64,000 bases of DNA from an uncultured Spirochaetota bacterium (lineage in GTDB: Bacteria > Spirochaetota > UBA4802 > UBA5550): positions 32,001 through 96,000 of the forward strand of contig CAWHAA010000001.1 of NCBI GenBank assembly GCA_963827275.1. The letters are read 5' to 3'. How positions within the stretch are numbered: position 1 is the stretch's first letter; every line of letters begins with the position of its first letter. The notes beneath the pieces were generated by a model that saw only the letters and a list, made by a program, of their open reading frames with translations, was not told the origin of the DNA and searched no databases. A program made the position numbers and the translations under genes. This document shows positions 1 to 9,671 of this stretch, piece after piece.

Positions 1-507
1 GGCCTCTTCCGAGAGGTTCCTCGTTCCCGTGCCGCAGAAGGTCGCGTAGGTGATGACCGGGGCATCTTCCTTCCACGCGCCATTGATCCACGAGAACCAC
101 GCCGTGCGGTCCTGGTCATAGACGTGGATGGGCCGGTTGAAAAGCTTGGCAAGCTCCACGCCCCAGCCGGTGCCGCCCTTCACCGTGTTGTCTTCCTGTA
201 TCCAGCCGACGGCGAACACCTGGAAGCCGTTGTTGACCATGTGGAAGATGGATTGAATCACCTTCCTGATCTTGCCGACCTCTGAAAAATTTCTGCCCAG
301 CCGCAGGGAAACGATCTCCATGCTGACATCGCCCTTTGCCAGGTCCTTCGCTTCGAGAAAGCGGGTGCCCCTGCTGCGCTCCATCATGTGCCCATCAAAG
401 GAAAAGTTGACCTCGTTTATACCGTACCGCTCGGCCTGCTTCCCGAATTCAGCCTCAGCGCCTTTATGGCCGCCGCTGAACATGGTAAATCCCGATACTT
501 CCGCCAT
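1..507 (-). CDS. Conserved hypothetical protein, SLOG-like (partial, runs off window start)
   Basis: Not in the ORF track. ATG at 507 with GGAAGGAG RBS; translates MAEVSGFTMFSGGHKGAEAEF...VKGGTGWGVELAK...FCGTGTRNLSEEA to base 1. Confidence 0.75.
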   Translation of the reverse strand, partial: MAEVSGFTMFSGGHKGAEAEFGKQAERYGINEVNFSFDGHMMERSRGTRFLEAKDLAKGDVSMEIVSLRLGRNFSEVGKIRKVIQSIFHMVNNGFQVFAVGWIQEDNTVKGGTGWGVELAKLFNRPIHVYDQDRTAWFSWINGAWKEDAPVITYATFCGTGTRNLSEEA

Positions 508-707
508 AGTTGCTCCTTCCTGTATCAATTATATTAAAATATGAAGTGGAATTTCTTACGATGTATGTTCTGCAAGTTTATACGAATGTCCACTGCGTCC
601 GGACTAAAAAAAGACAATGCGGGTTTTTGTCAATGCAAATATTGGCTTTCCTTTCAGGCAGGGTGGAGGTTGCACCCCGCCCTGCCGAAGCAGAACTGAT
701 ATTCAAT

Positions 708-1349
708 TTATTTGTTAAATATAATCGGCATCTTCCTGATGTAGGAGTTTTCCGATGCCACCCGGTACATGAACGCACCGACATTCTCGCGCGAAACGCC
801 CATTTTGGCCGGCATATCACCCAGAGAAATGCCATACCCGCCGTCCTTCTGTTTCTTGCCTGGTTTTATCATCCGGACGACCGTCCACTCCAGGGAAGAC
901 TTTTTAACGATCTCTTCGATAATCTTCATCTCGCGATATGGATTCGGGAAAAGTACCCGCGCAATTATCGGTGGCAGCACGGTGCTGATCCGTATCCGGT
1001 CTTCATCGGAACGGACAGTCGGCGTGGCCAGCGTGATGAACCGTTTCTTGTCGAGCCTTTCCATCGCGTGTATGATGACCGCATGGCCGTCCGCGATCGG
1101 GGTCCCCTTTTTCCGGGAAGTGTCCAGCGCCGGCCCGAGCGCGCTTATCACGACATCGGCGTTCTCAATTGCCTTTTCAATCAACAGCCGGTTCGACAGG
1201 TCGCCCACCATGATAATAAAATTTGCCCGCGAACGGTCCAGGCCATTGGCACTGCGCACGTAGGCCGTGACCGTATCACCGTGATCGAGCGCGTGCCCGG
1301 TTACAATCCTTCCTATCGCGCCGTTGGCCCCGAAAATCGTGATATTCAC
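708..1349 (-). CDS. NAD(P)H-binding oxidoreductase (flavin reductase/BVR-B-like atypical SDR)
   Basis: N-terminal GANGAIG Rossmann motif, DVVISALG, LEWTVVR; GGGAGGAG RBS before GTG. Confidence 0.85.
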   Translation of the reverse strand: MNITIFGANGAIGRIVTGHALDHGDTVTAYVRSANGLDRSRANFIIMVGDLSNRLLIEKAIENADVVISALGPALDTSRKKGTPIADGHAVIIHAMERLDKKRFITLATPTVRSDEDRIRISTVLPPIIARVLFPNPYREMKIIEEIVKKSSLEWTVVRMIKPGKKQKDGGYGISLGDMPAKMGVSRENVGAFMYRVASENSYIRKMPIIFNK

Positions 1350-1367
1350 CTAGTGCTCCTCCCGCAA

Positions 1368-1883
1368 TCATTCAATTAATATCAGCCCGTACCGGTTCAC
1401 CATACAGGAATCGTCTGTCACCACTTCGATGGGATACCCGTTATTGCGCGCCGTCGCAAACACGTCGATGCCGCATGATTCCATTGACGGACGGGCCTTT
1501 TCCGCATGCACGCATCCGTCAAAATTGCACTCGGTGCAGATCGTACATGGGCCGGCGCCCAGGCCGAAGGCCTTGTAGTAGCCGGCAAGGAAGATGTCCC
1601 TCTCCAGCTTCACGATGATCTTCGTCGGGGAGTTTTTCCCGGTGATTTTTCCCGCGCAATGTATGAGGACCGCCTTTGTATAGCAATGTATCACTTCCCG
1701 CATCTGCCGGTAATCCGGCGTATGGGGCGGGCAGCACAGGTTCGAGTTGTACCCACCGCAGCCGAACTGGCACCGCATCCGCACCCACGCGGCGGTCACG
1801 ATGGTCTCGGCCTTTATGATTTTCGCTTCCGTCGCGCCGTATTTCACTGCGCTGTCGATGAATCGGGCGGTTCCGGCTTTCAT
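1368..1883 (-). CDS. DUF2284-like Cys-rich metal-binding protein
   Basis: CQFGC...CCPP and GPCTICTEC...C...ARPSMESCGIDV motifs. Confidence 0.8.
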   Translation of the reverse strand: MKAGTARFIDSAVKYGATEAKIIKAETIVTAAWVRMRCQFGCGGYNSNLCCPPHTPDYRQMREVIHCYTKAVLIHCAGKITGKNSPTKIIVKLERDIFLAGYYKAFGLGAGPCTICTECNFDGCVHAEKARPSMESCGIDVFATARNNGYPIEVVTDDSCMVNRYGLILIE

Positions 1884-2060
1884 GCTGAGCTCCGTTTCTC
1901 ATTAGTCATGGGTTGCGAAGGCTGTATATACAACATCAATAATCTTTATATTTAATTTCTGATATATATTTATCACGAATAAGATAAATAATAATGTTAC
2001 GCAAACTTCCATGTCAAATACAAAACAGCCGCAGTAAATATTGAGATACATTGCGAGATC

Positions 2061-2083
2061 GGCCCTGAGCCTGTCGAAGGGCC
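2061..2083. repeat. REP-like palindromic unit GGCCCTGAGCCTGTCGAAGGGCC
   Basis: GGCCCT/AGGGCC inverted ends around a CTGAGCCTGTCGAAG core, which I recall as a dispersed palindromic repeat in many bacteria. Confidence 0.45.
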
Positions 2084-2157
2084 ATCGAAGCGAAAGGTAT
2101 AAGCTTGCGAATCACGAATTGAGAGGCTAATTTACAACACAACAAAGCCATTAAAAC

Positions 2158-2367
2158 GTCCGCCCGAAGGGCGGACAAACCAATCGGGCGTCGGTCTGGA
2201 CAGGAAGTCCAACTGCCGCGCGCGACAGGATGTCGAAAATCGCGCGGCGATGAGGCCGAATCCTGCGAAGCAGGTTCGGCCGAGTTACGCCCGGAGCCCG
2301 TCCCGGCGTTTGAGGGACCGGGTGGGAGGAGCGCGAGGAGGGAGGCCGCGAAGGCCTCCATCCTCGC
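2158..2367 (+). ncRNA. Putative structured RNA or palindromic repeat element (multi-hairpin)
   Basis: At least six stems, including GTCCGCCC-GAA-GGGCGGAC, TGGAC-AGGAA-GTCCA, CGAC-AGGAT-GTCG and GGCCGAA...TTCGGCC, with an outer CGGGCGT/ACGCCCG pair. Confidence 0.4.
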
Positions 2368-2422
2368 ATGAATTGCCCGGGCCGTCTCACGGCCCATGGC
2401 GCCGCCCTTCCCTTTGATAAGT

Positions 2423-2695
2423 TTACATCTCCGTCATTCTCCGCTCATCCATGAGCCTGTCCAGGTCCGACGCGTCGAGCTCATGGCTTCTTCTCTCCGC
2501 GAGGATGCGGTCAAGATCGGTCATGGCCGTCTCGTTGGCCTTCATCTCCTCGATCAGGACCTCGAGATCGCTCTTGTCGAGCTCGCGGGCCTTCATCTCT
2601 TCAATCATGCGGTCAAGATCGGTCCGATCAAGCTCATGGGCCCTGCGCGCCGCGATCACCGCATCAGCATCAGGATTGATTCTCTGTGTCTGCAT
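2423..2695 (-). CDS. Small helical repeat protein (four 17-aa repeats), unknown function
   Basis: GGAGG RBS; repeats HELDRTDLDRMIEEMKA / RELDKSDLEVLIEEMKA / NETAMTDLDRILAERRS / HELDASDLDRLMDERRM. Confidence 0.7.
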   Translation of the reverse strand: MQTQRINPDADAVIAARRAHELDRTDLDRMIEEMKARELDKSDLEVLIEEMKANETAMTDLDRILAERRSHELDASDLDRLMDERRMTEM

Positions 2696-3000
2696 ACGCC
2701 ACCTCCATATTATACCCCCGGAGGCATCCGCAATGACGGGCCAACCAGCCGAAGGTACGTTACGGATGCAGGGGGAATGATGTAAACGGCAAGATACAAG
2801 GAACGTCCGTAGCTATTAATATACCAAGGGAATGAGGAAAAATCATGCAAAATGTGATGGGCATACTATGATAACCGGCTTTCTCCAGAATAATTGGCAG
2901 CGCCCGGCGCCGGCCGTTTTGCAATATATTTGCACATGGTATGAAAATATCTTGAAATTTAATAAACGGTGGCATGATATTTAATTGCGATGTACGCTGA

Positions 3001-5196
3001 ATGATCTTAGGGTGGGGGATAATGATGAAAGGACATCTAATTGCGTTCCTGTTCGTTGCCTGTGTGATTGTGCCCTGCGTTGACGCACTCCCGGCGGAAA
3101 AAGCCTTCTTTATTCAGGAAAACCAGCAGAACACCATGATCGGTACATTTATGGATGTGCTGGAGGACGAAACCGGGAGCCTGACAATCAACGCAGTGTC
3201 ATCGGCCCGTTACATGGACAACTTCATCCCGTCTGAGGAGGAAGCCCCCAATTTCGGTTACACCCTTTCCGTCTACTGGTTGCGTTTTACGATAGCCAAT
3301 AACTCGGAGGAAACACGCTCGTTTATCCTCCTCGACGATTATCCGCTGACCGACGATATCCGGCTTTACAACCCGAAGATCAACGGCGATGAGCCGATCA
3401 AGACGGGCGGGCGATATTATCCCCTGTCGGCACGCGACGAGGACTACCGCGCCTTTGCATTCCACCTGCGCATCCCGGCCGGCGCGGCATACACCTATTA
3501 CATGAGATTGCAAAGCGACGACTCCCTTGCCGTACGGGTCTCCGTGGCGTCGAAGGGCGCCTTTGACAAAATGGCCCGGCGGTCACAGCTCTTCCTCGGC
3601 CTCTATTTCGGCATGGTGCTGGCCCTGTTCTTCTACTACCTTTTCATTTTCTTTACCACCCGCGATTTAAACAACCTGTATTACGTGCTGTCGCTTCTCG
3701 TCCTCGGGTTCCTTTTTTTCCTGTCGCTGAACGGCCTCTCAGCGCAGCTCCTTGAAACAGATTCCCTGTGGGTGTCCCGGACCTCCACCGCGGTATTTAT
3801 CGCGACCGGGGTCCTGATGGGGCTTATCTTTTCACGCTCGTTCTGCCAGATCAACAGGAATGACCGGCTCATGTACTACAGCTACTGGGCCTTCATGGCT
3901 CTCCTCGCCCTGGCGGTCGGGGCAAGCTTTTTCATCCGCTATTTCTACGTGATACTCGCCTGCGTGATCATTTCAATGGGCGCCACGGTGATCATGTGGA
4001 CAAGCGGCATCGTCAGCTTCCGGAGGGGGTTCAAGCCGGCGCGGTTCTACCTGCTCGCGTGGAGCGGCATACAGGTCGGCGGGCTGGTCTATGGCCTGAA
4101 AACGCTCGGGTTGTGGCCGAGCACGCTTTTTTCCGAATACTCATTCCAGGGCGGGGCGGTCGTGTTCGCGCTCCTCCTCGCACTGAGCCTGGGCGACCTC
4201 CTGAATGTCTACCGGCAGGAACTCATGCAGAACGCCGAGCGCGCCAGGGAGCGGAGCGCCTATCTTGAAAAGGCGGTGGCCTCGGTCAGCCAGATCTCGA
4301 GCAACATACTCAGCTCCAGCAAGGACCTCGATGACCTCGGGAAAAACTTTGTCGAGATGTCGGGGGAACAGGCGGCCACGAGCCGGAACATGCTCGATAT
4401 GTACACCAAGCTGTCGGCCGAGAACAAGAGCATATACCAGGCGACGCTTGACCAGGAAAAGGAGGGCAAGGGGACCAGGGAGGCGATCGACCGCCTCAAG
4501 GCCTTCAGGGACCGGCTCAACGCGGCGAACAGGTCGGTCGAGGACAGCATGCGCGTCATATCGGACTCCACCGCCGCCACGGAGACGACCTTCACCCTCA
4601 TGTCCGGCAAGATGCAGCAGATCCGCGAAAGCGGGAAATCGATCGGCGGCCTCATATCCCTGATCGACGATATAACCGACAGGATCAACCTCCTCTCCCT
4701 GAACGCGGCCATTGAAGCGGCGCGCGCGGGAGAGCACGGCAGGGGCTTCGCGGTCGTCGCCGACGAGATCGGCAAGCTTGCGTCCGCAACCGCCGACAAC
4801 TCCAAGGAGATCACGACGCAGATCGGCCGCATGGCGGGCAACATCGACAGCGGCATGGCCGAGGTGGCAAACACGGGCAAGATCATATCCCAGACCATCA
4901 ACATGGTAAACAGCATCAACCAGAGCTTCGGGATCGTCATGGAAGTGGTCATGGAGCAGAGCAACGCCATCAATGAATTCATGAAGCAGATTGAGGTTTC
5001 CGACGCCATTGCCGGCCGGATCGCCCGCTCCACCAAGGAGCAATACGACATGATGAAGGAGACCTCCGGTGTCGTGGAAAAAATGTCAATGGTCGGCGGG
5101 GTCCTCGGGAATGCCAACAGGCATATCGCGGAATTTACCGTGCTGCTGAAGGAAAAGATCCAGGAGATGGACATGATGATCCGGAGCATCGTCTAG
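3001..5196 (+). CDS. Methyl-accepting chemotaxis protein with 7TMR-DISM sensor domains
   Basis: PNFGYT..YWLRF (DISMED2-like), seven hydrophobic segments, MCP signature [33 protein letters not shown]; start may be 3022 or 3025. Confidence 0.9.
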   Translation: MILGWGIMMKGHLIAFLFVACVIVPCVDALPAEKAFFIQENQQNTMIGTFMDVLEDETGSLTINAVSSARYMDNFIPSEEEAPNFGYTLSVYWLRFTIANNSEETRSFILLDDYPLTDDIRLYNPKINGDEPIKTGGRYYPLSARDEDYRAFAFHLRIPAGAAYTYYMRLQSDDSLAVRVSVASKGAFDKMARRSQLFLGLYFGMVLALFFYYLFIFFTTRDLNNLYYVLSLLVLGFLFFLSLNGLSAQLLETDSLWVSRTSTAVFIATGVLMGLIFSRSFCQINRNDRLMYYSYWAFMALLALAVGASFFIRYFYVILACVIISMGATVIMWTSGIVSFRRGFKPARFYLLAWSGIQVGGLVYGLKTLGLWPSTLFSEYSFQGGAVVFALLLALSLGDLLNVYRQELMQNAERARERSAYLEKAVASVSQISSNILSSSKDLDDLGKNFVEMSGEQAATSRNMLDMYTKLSAENKSIYQATLDQEKEGKGTREAIDRLKAFRDRLNAANRSVEDSMRVISDSTAATETTFTLMSGKMQQIRESGKSIGGLISLIDDITDRINLLSLNAAIEAARAGEHGRGFAVVADEIGKLASATADNSKEITTQIGRMAGNIDSGMAEVANTGKIISQTINMVNSINQSFGIVMEVVMEQSNAINEFMKQIEVSDAIAGRIARSTKEQYDMMKETSGVVEKMSMVGGVLGNANRHIAEFTVLLKEKIQEMDMMIRSIV

Positions 5197-5408
5197 GCCG
5201 GCAGGTCCGTGCCGGCATCCCCGTCCCGCGGCGGGTACCTCCGGCGGCCGTTCAAAATAAAAAGTATTTATTAATTCACTTGCGCTGCAGGGTGATATAC
5301 CGCACAATGTCATTAATTGTTTAATAATATAGAAAATACTTATACAGTACTTCCTTTTTACATTATGAGTACATATTATTCGGCAAAATACATATCAAGG
5401 AGCCATGA

Positions 5409-5675
5409 ATGCAAGGAAGAACACTGTATATCGGCAACATGAGTGAGACCCTCAAAAGGGAGACGTTAATCGAGCTTTTTTCCGCGTATGGCAAGGTAGT
5501 GGACGTCAAGATACTGGGATATAACGCGTTCGGTTTCATAGAGATGTCGAGCCAGGAAGAAGCGGAGAAGGCGAAAAACTCGCTGAACGGACACGATCTT
5601 GACGGGACCCGCCTGAAAGTCGACGAAGCCCGCCCCAAGAATTACAAACGGTCAGGCCATTCGAACAGGTACTGA
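5409..5675 (+). CDS. RRM-domain RNA-binding protein
   Basis: RNP2 LYIGNM, RNP1 FGFIEM, LNGHDLDGTRLKVDEARP. Confidence 0.92.
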   Translation: MQGRTLYIGNMSETLKRETLIELFSAYGKVVDVKILGYNAFGFIEMSSQEEAEKAKNSLNGHDLDGTRLKVDEARPKNYKRSGHSNRY

Positions 5676-5699
5676 GCGCGGCGCCGGGCTGCCGGGGCA

Positions 5700-6827
5700 T
5701 CATTTTTTTATGAACTTCTGGTACGAGCCCGGTGACACGCCCGTAATCTTTTTAAACACGGTATAAAATACTGACAACGAATTGAACCCGACCCGGGAAG
5801 CTATATCCATCACCGGCGTATGCTTCTCCCGTTCAAGGATCACCCGCGCCTCATTGATGCGGTAATTATTTATGTACGGGATAAAACCCAGGCCGCTCCT
5901 TATTTTCAGTATATCCGACAGCAGGGACTGGGGGATCTCCAGCCGTTCCGCAAACGACTTGAGGGTCAGCCGGCTGTCATGATAGACCTTGTCCCAGGAC
6001 ATCATGATCTCGATCTTTTCCATTATCGCATCGACATCCTGACCGTAATCGGGTCGCGCGGGCGCCGCCCCCCGCGCCGCTTCGTCACGCACGATCTGCA
6101 GAGAGACGGTGATCATATCGACGAACAGGTACTGGGTGATGAGCGCCGCCAGGACAAGGATCGAGATCACCAGCCGGTCCCCCCACATGTAGGCAAGCGA
6201 TGCACCCATTACCAGCAGGGAAATGACACCGAGAATGAAAAGAAAATTCTTCTGCGACATGCTCCCATCTTTAAGGAGAATCAGAATTTTTACCAGAAGG
6301 AATGCCACGTAAACGCAGACCAGGACAGTCGCGGCGTTCACTGATATAGTATTTATCAATTCATTCCAGGAATCATCCAGAATTTTTATGCCGGTAAAAA
6401 TAGAAACGCTGACCAGCATGGCCGCATTCAGGGACGGAATAACCATGTGTGGGAGCATGGTGACGTCGGAATCATCCTGATATGAAATATAATAATTGCC
6501 ATACAAAAACACGAACGGCCCTGTATAAAAATACGCGATAGTTGTAACCATGTCAACCGTGATCGGGAGTTCGAAATAGCGGTGAAAATCGTCCAGATAC
6601 CGGAACCCGTCACTGAGGCGCCAGGCAAATACCAGGAACATCAATATGCAGAGGAACAGGTCCCCCCGGTTTTTTTCCCCGGCCAGAGCATACTTGAGGG
6701 CCATCAGCAGGGCCAGGATGGAACTGAAAAATGTAAGTGTAATCGTGATATAGTCGTTACATGAATGAAAGGTAATACCGCTCATTGATGATTGGAACAC
6801 CCTGCGCTTTTTTTCATATATCGGCAT
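5700..6827 (-). CDS. Membrane-anchored AraC-family transcriptional regulator
   Basis: Multi-TM N-terminus; C-terminal YINNYRINEA...IASRVGFNSLSVFYTVFKKITGVSP; exact start uncertain. Confidence 0.88.
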   Translation of the reverse strand: MPIYEKKRRVFQSSMSGITFHSCNDYITITLTFFSSILALLMALKYALAGEKNRGDLFLCILMFLVFAWRLSDGFRYLDDFHRYFELPITVDMVTTIAYFYTGPFVFLYGNYYISYQDDSDVTMLPHMVIPSLNAAMLVSVSIFTGIKILDDSWNELINTISVNAATVLVCVYVAFLLVKILILLKDGSMSQKNFLFILGVISLLVMGASLAYMWGDRLVISILVLAALITQYLFVDMITVSLQIVRDEAARGAAPARPDYGQDVDAIMEKIEIMMSWDKVYHDSRLTLKSFAERLEIPQSLLSDILKIRSGLGFIPYINNYRINEARVILEREKHTPVMDIASRVGFNSLSVFYTVFKKITGVSPGSYQKFIKK

Positions 6828-7025
6828 TTTTACTGCGCAAGTTAAGAAACATAAAGGGAGTGCCCTGGTTCCTTCCGGCGTACATTATAATCTATTTTTT
6901 AAATGTTTAGTATTTATTATATTAATTATTGACAAACGGCGCCCTTCCCCGATCATGGTCCCCGATACCGTGACGGCGACAGTTACACCGGCCGCTCAGT
7001 ACAAACCACAGAAACAGGAGGCACC

Positions 7026-8297
7026 ATGAGCAAAGAATACATCGACATGTGGAAGGAACTCGGTCTTGACCTTGAACCGCACGACCAGCTCCTGTCGGTT
7101 TTAGGACAGGCGTACGGCGACATTTTCCTTTCCCAGAAAAACAGGCCCGAAGGGATGAACTACTTCGATTTCGTCGTTTCCGAAGTCCACGGCCTCAGGA
7201 TCCGCGAGATCATGGATGAAAAAAACAAGGGAAACATCATCGTGGGGACCTTCTGCGTGTATGTTCCCGAAGAGCTGGTGCTCGCCGTCGGGGGCGTACA
7301 GGTAGGCCTCTGCGCAGGGGCGGAAATTGCCTTCGACAAGGTTGAGGAATTCCTGCCGCGGAACAGCTGCGCGCTGATCAAATCATCCCTTGGCTTCAGG
7401 CTGGGCCGCATGTGCCCGTACACGCAGGCATGCGACTTCGTAGTAGGCGAGACCACGTGCGACGGCAAGAAAAAGGCGTATGAGATATTCGGCGAAATGA
7501 AGGACGTGTACGTGATGGAGATCCCCCAGATGAAGAATGATTCAGACCGCGCGCTCTGGAAAGGTGAAATCGAGCGTTTTAAAATTGAGCTTGAAAAAAG
7601 GTCAGGGAGAACCATCACGCCCGACTCCCTCATGAAAGGGATCAAGATCGTCAACAGGAAGCGCGCGGCACTGCAGCGTCTGGCGTCAATCCGCTACAAA
7701 TATCCGTTCGTGATATCCGGACGTGATGCGCTCCTCATCAACCAGGTTTCTTTTTACGACAACCCCGAGCGCTTCACGGACTCGGTAACCAAGCTCTGCG
7801 ATGAGCTCGAGCAGCGCGGGAAAAACAACGTTACCATAGGAGACGCGGGAGCCAAGAAGATCCTCGTGTCCGGGTGCCCGATGGCGGTCCCCAACTGGAA
7901 ACTGCCGTTCGTGGTCGAGACCACGGGCGCGACCATCGTGGCGGAAGAGTCCTGCGTCGGCGAGCGCAACAGCAGGAATGCAGTCAGCGAATCCGGCAAA
8001 TCAACCGACGACCTGTTAAACAATATCGTGGACCGCTACATGAAGATCAACTGCGCCTGCTTCACGCCGAACAGCGAGCGGATCAAGGACATCAGCGAGA
8101 TATTCAGTTTATCGAAGGCCGACGGAGTGATACACTATTCACTCCAGTTCTGCACCCCCTACCTGGTGGAGTCGAAAAAGGTGAAGGACCTCTGTGACGC
8201 GCGGAAGATGCCGTTCATCGCGGTTGAAACCGACTACTCGTCGGGGGATATCGAACAGCTAAAAACCAGGATCGGGGCGTTCATAGAAAAAATCTGA
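7026..8297 (+). CDS. Double-cubane-cluster reductase / 2-hydroxyacyl-CoA dehydratase (HgdB/FldC) family protein
   Basis: GTFCVYVPEEL, GLCAG, CALIKS, CPY, ETTCDGKKK, NCACF, QFC, ETDYS..D.EQLKTRIGAF. Confidence 0.85.
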   Translation: MSKEYIDMWKELGLDLEPHDQLLSVLGQAYGDIFLSQKNRPEGMNYFDFVVSEVHGLRIREIMDEKNKGNIIVGTFCVYVPEELVLAVGGVQVGLCAGAEIAFDKVEEFLPRNSCALIKSSLGFRLGRMCPYTQACDFVVGETTCDGKKKAYEIFGEMKDVYVMEIPQMKNDSDRALWKGEIERFKIELEKRSGRTITPDSLMKGIKIVNRKRAALQRLASIRYKYPFVISGRDALLINQVSFYDNPERFTDSVTKLCDELEQRGKNNVTIGDAGAKKILVSGCPMAVPNWKLPFVVETTGATIVAEESCVGERNSRNAVSESGKSTDDLLNNIVDRYMKINCACFTPNSERIKDISEIFSLSKADGVIHYSLQFCTPYLVESKKVKDLCDARKMPFIAVETDYSSGDIEQLKTRIGAFIEKI

Positions 8298-8364
8298 ATC
8301 AAAAGTGGGCAGGCTGGTTCGCCCGACGGACCGCGCGACAGTGACATTGACCCTGCGGGGATTG

Positions 8365-9318
8365 TCAGATAGTTATCTCCATCCCCTCGCAGGCGATGTC
8401 CACGCGGAGCGCCCCCCGTTTCGGGTTCATGCTCTGGTAGGTCCGCGCGTTGAAAAGCATGTTTTCCAGCTTGTCATCGTCGTAGTTCGGCTCGTGGTGG
8501 AACAGAATGAGGCGCTTGACGTTGAAAAGGCTCGCGATATCTATTGCGATCGCCGACGATGAATGGCCGAAGTCAAACTTGCTGATGGCCTCGTCGAAGG
8601 TGTACTGCGTGTCGAATATGACCACGTCCGCGTCGGAGAAGAAGCCGCGGTAGTTCTCGATATTGTCGATCTCGTTGATATTGAATTCGCAGTCGCTGGT
8701 GTAGACCAGCACCCCGCCGTTGTCCTCGATACGGAAGCCGTAAGCCCCGCCCGGGTGCGGCATCAGCTTGTTCACCACCTTCGTGTCATTGAGGTGGAGA
8801 TCCTCCTCGACCTCCAGCGTAAAAAATTCTTTTGTCGCCTGGAGAAAATCGAAGGTGACCGGGAAATGCGAAAAAACCTGCTGGTGGTCAAGGCGCTTTT
8901 TCAAGTCGGGAAACACCGAATAAAAGTTAAAGCGGTTGCCCTTTATATAGAGCGGCACAAAAAAGGGTATGCCCTGGATATGGTCCCAGTGGGTATGCGA
9001 CAGGAGCATGGTGGCAACCCCCTTCCCCCGGCTGAAATCGCCCTTCATCAGCTCGGTACCGAGGGCCTTGAGCCCGCTTCCGCAATCTATGATGATGGTA
9101 TCGCCCCCGACGGTCGTCACCTGGATCGTGGTGGTGTTGCCGCCGAAGGTGCTGCGGATTGAATACGGGAGCGACCGGATGAAGGATTCGATGGCCTCAC
9201 CGGAAGATATATCGCCCGGCCTGGCAAGCGACAGGGCCTTCCGGATCTTGTTTTCGATATGTTCCCCTGTCAGAGGTGTCGGCAGGGACCCTCTAACACC
9301 CCACAACTTGACCTGCAT
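8365..9318 (-). CDS. Metallo-beta-lactamase-fold hydrolase
   Basis: WGVRGS, GGNT, DCGSG, SHTHWDH, FHHEP motifs. Confidence 0.9.
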   Translation of the reverse strand: MQVKLWGVRGSLPTPLTGEHIENKIRKALSLARPGDISSGEAIESFIRSLPYSIRSTFGGNTTTIQVTTVGGDTIIIDCGSGLKALGTELMKGDFSRGKGVATMLLSHTHWDHIQGIPFFVPLYIKGNRFNFYSVFPDLKKRLDHQQVFSHFPVTFDFLQATKEFFTLEVEEDLHLNDTKVVNKLMPHPGGAYGFRIEDNGGVLVYTSDCEFNINEIDNIENYRGFFSDADVVIFDTQYTFDEAISKFDFGHSSSAIAIDIASLFNVKRLILFHHEPNYDDDKLENMLFNARTYQSMNPKRGALRVDIACEGMEITI

Positions 9319-9671
9319 AGTGATTCTCTTTTGTATTTAATGGAAATCTATCAGCGTGCTATCATCACTATACCATCCATGGTCATTTAGTCAATAGAAA
9401 TATCGAAATCATCGATCATGAGGGAGCACGAATTACCTTGTTCTTTGCGATTCATTTCACGACCCCTCTGTCCCCCGCTGAGGACGTAATGGACGTTGTT
9501 CTACCTGAAATGTTTCACGCCCGCCTGTACCCGCCCGGGACAAGGAACGTCTGCAATATCTTGAGGCCATGAATATTTATACGCATCGCTTAATTAAAAA
9601 ACTTGACACTCCAATACCATCTTTTATCTGATGAGAGATTGCATTAAAGGTACGCAGACCAGGAAGGTTAC

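Noticed and set aside
510..1379. 289-aa plus-strand ORF
   Set aside because: Antisense shadow of the oxidoreductase gene with no recognisable motifs.
2014..2397. 127-aa minus-strand ORF across the hairpin cluster
   Set aside because: No family motifs; the open frame is explained by GC-rich palindromes.
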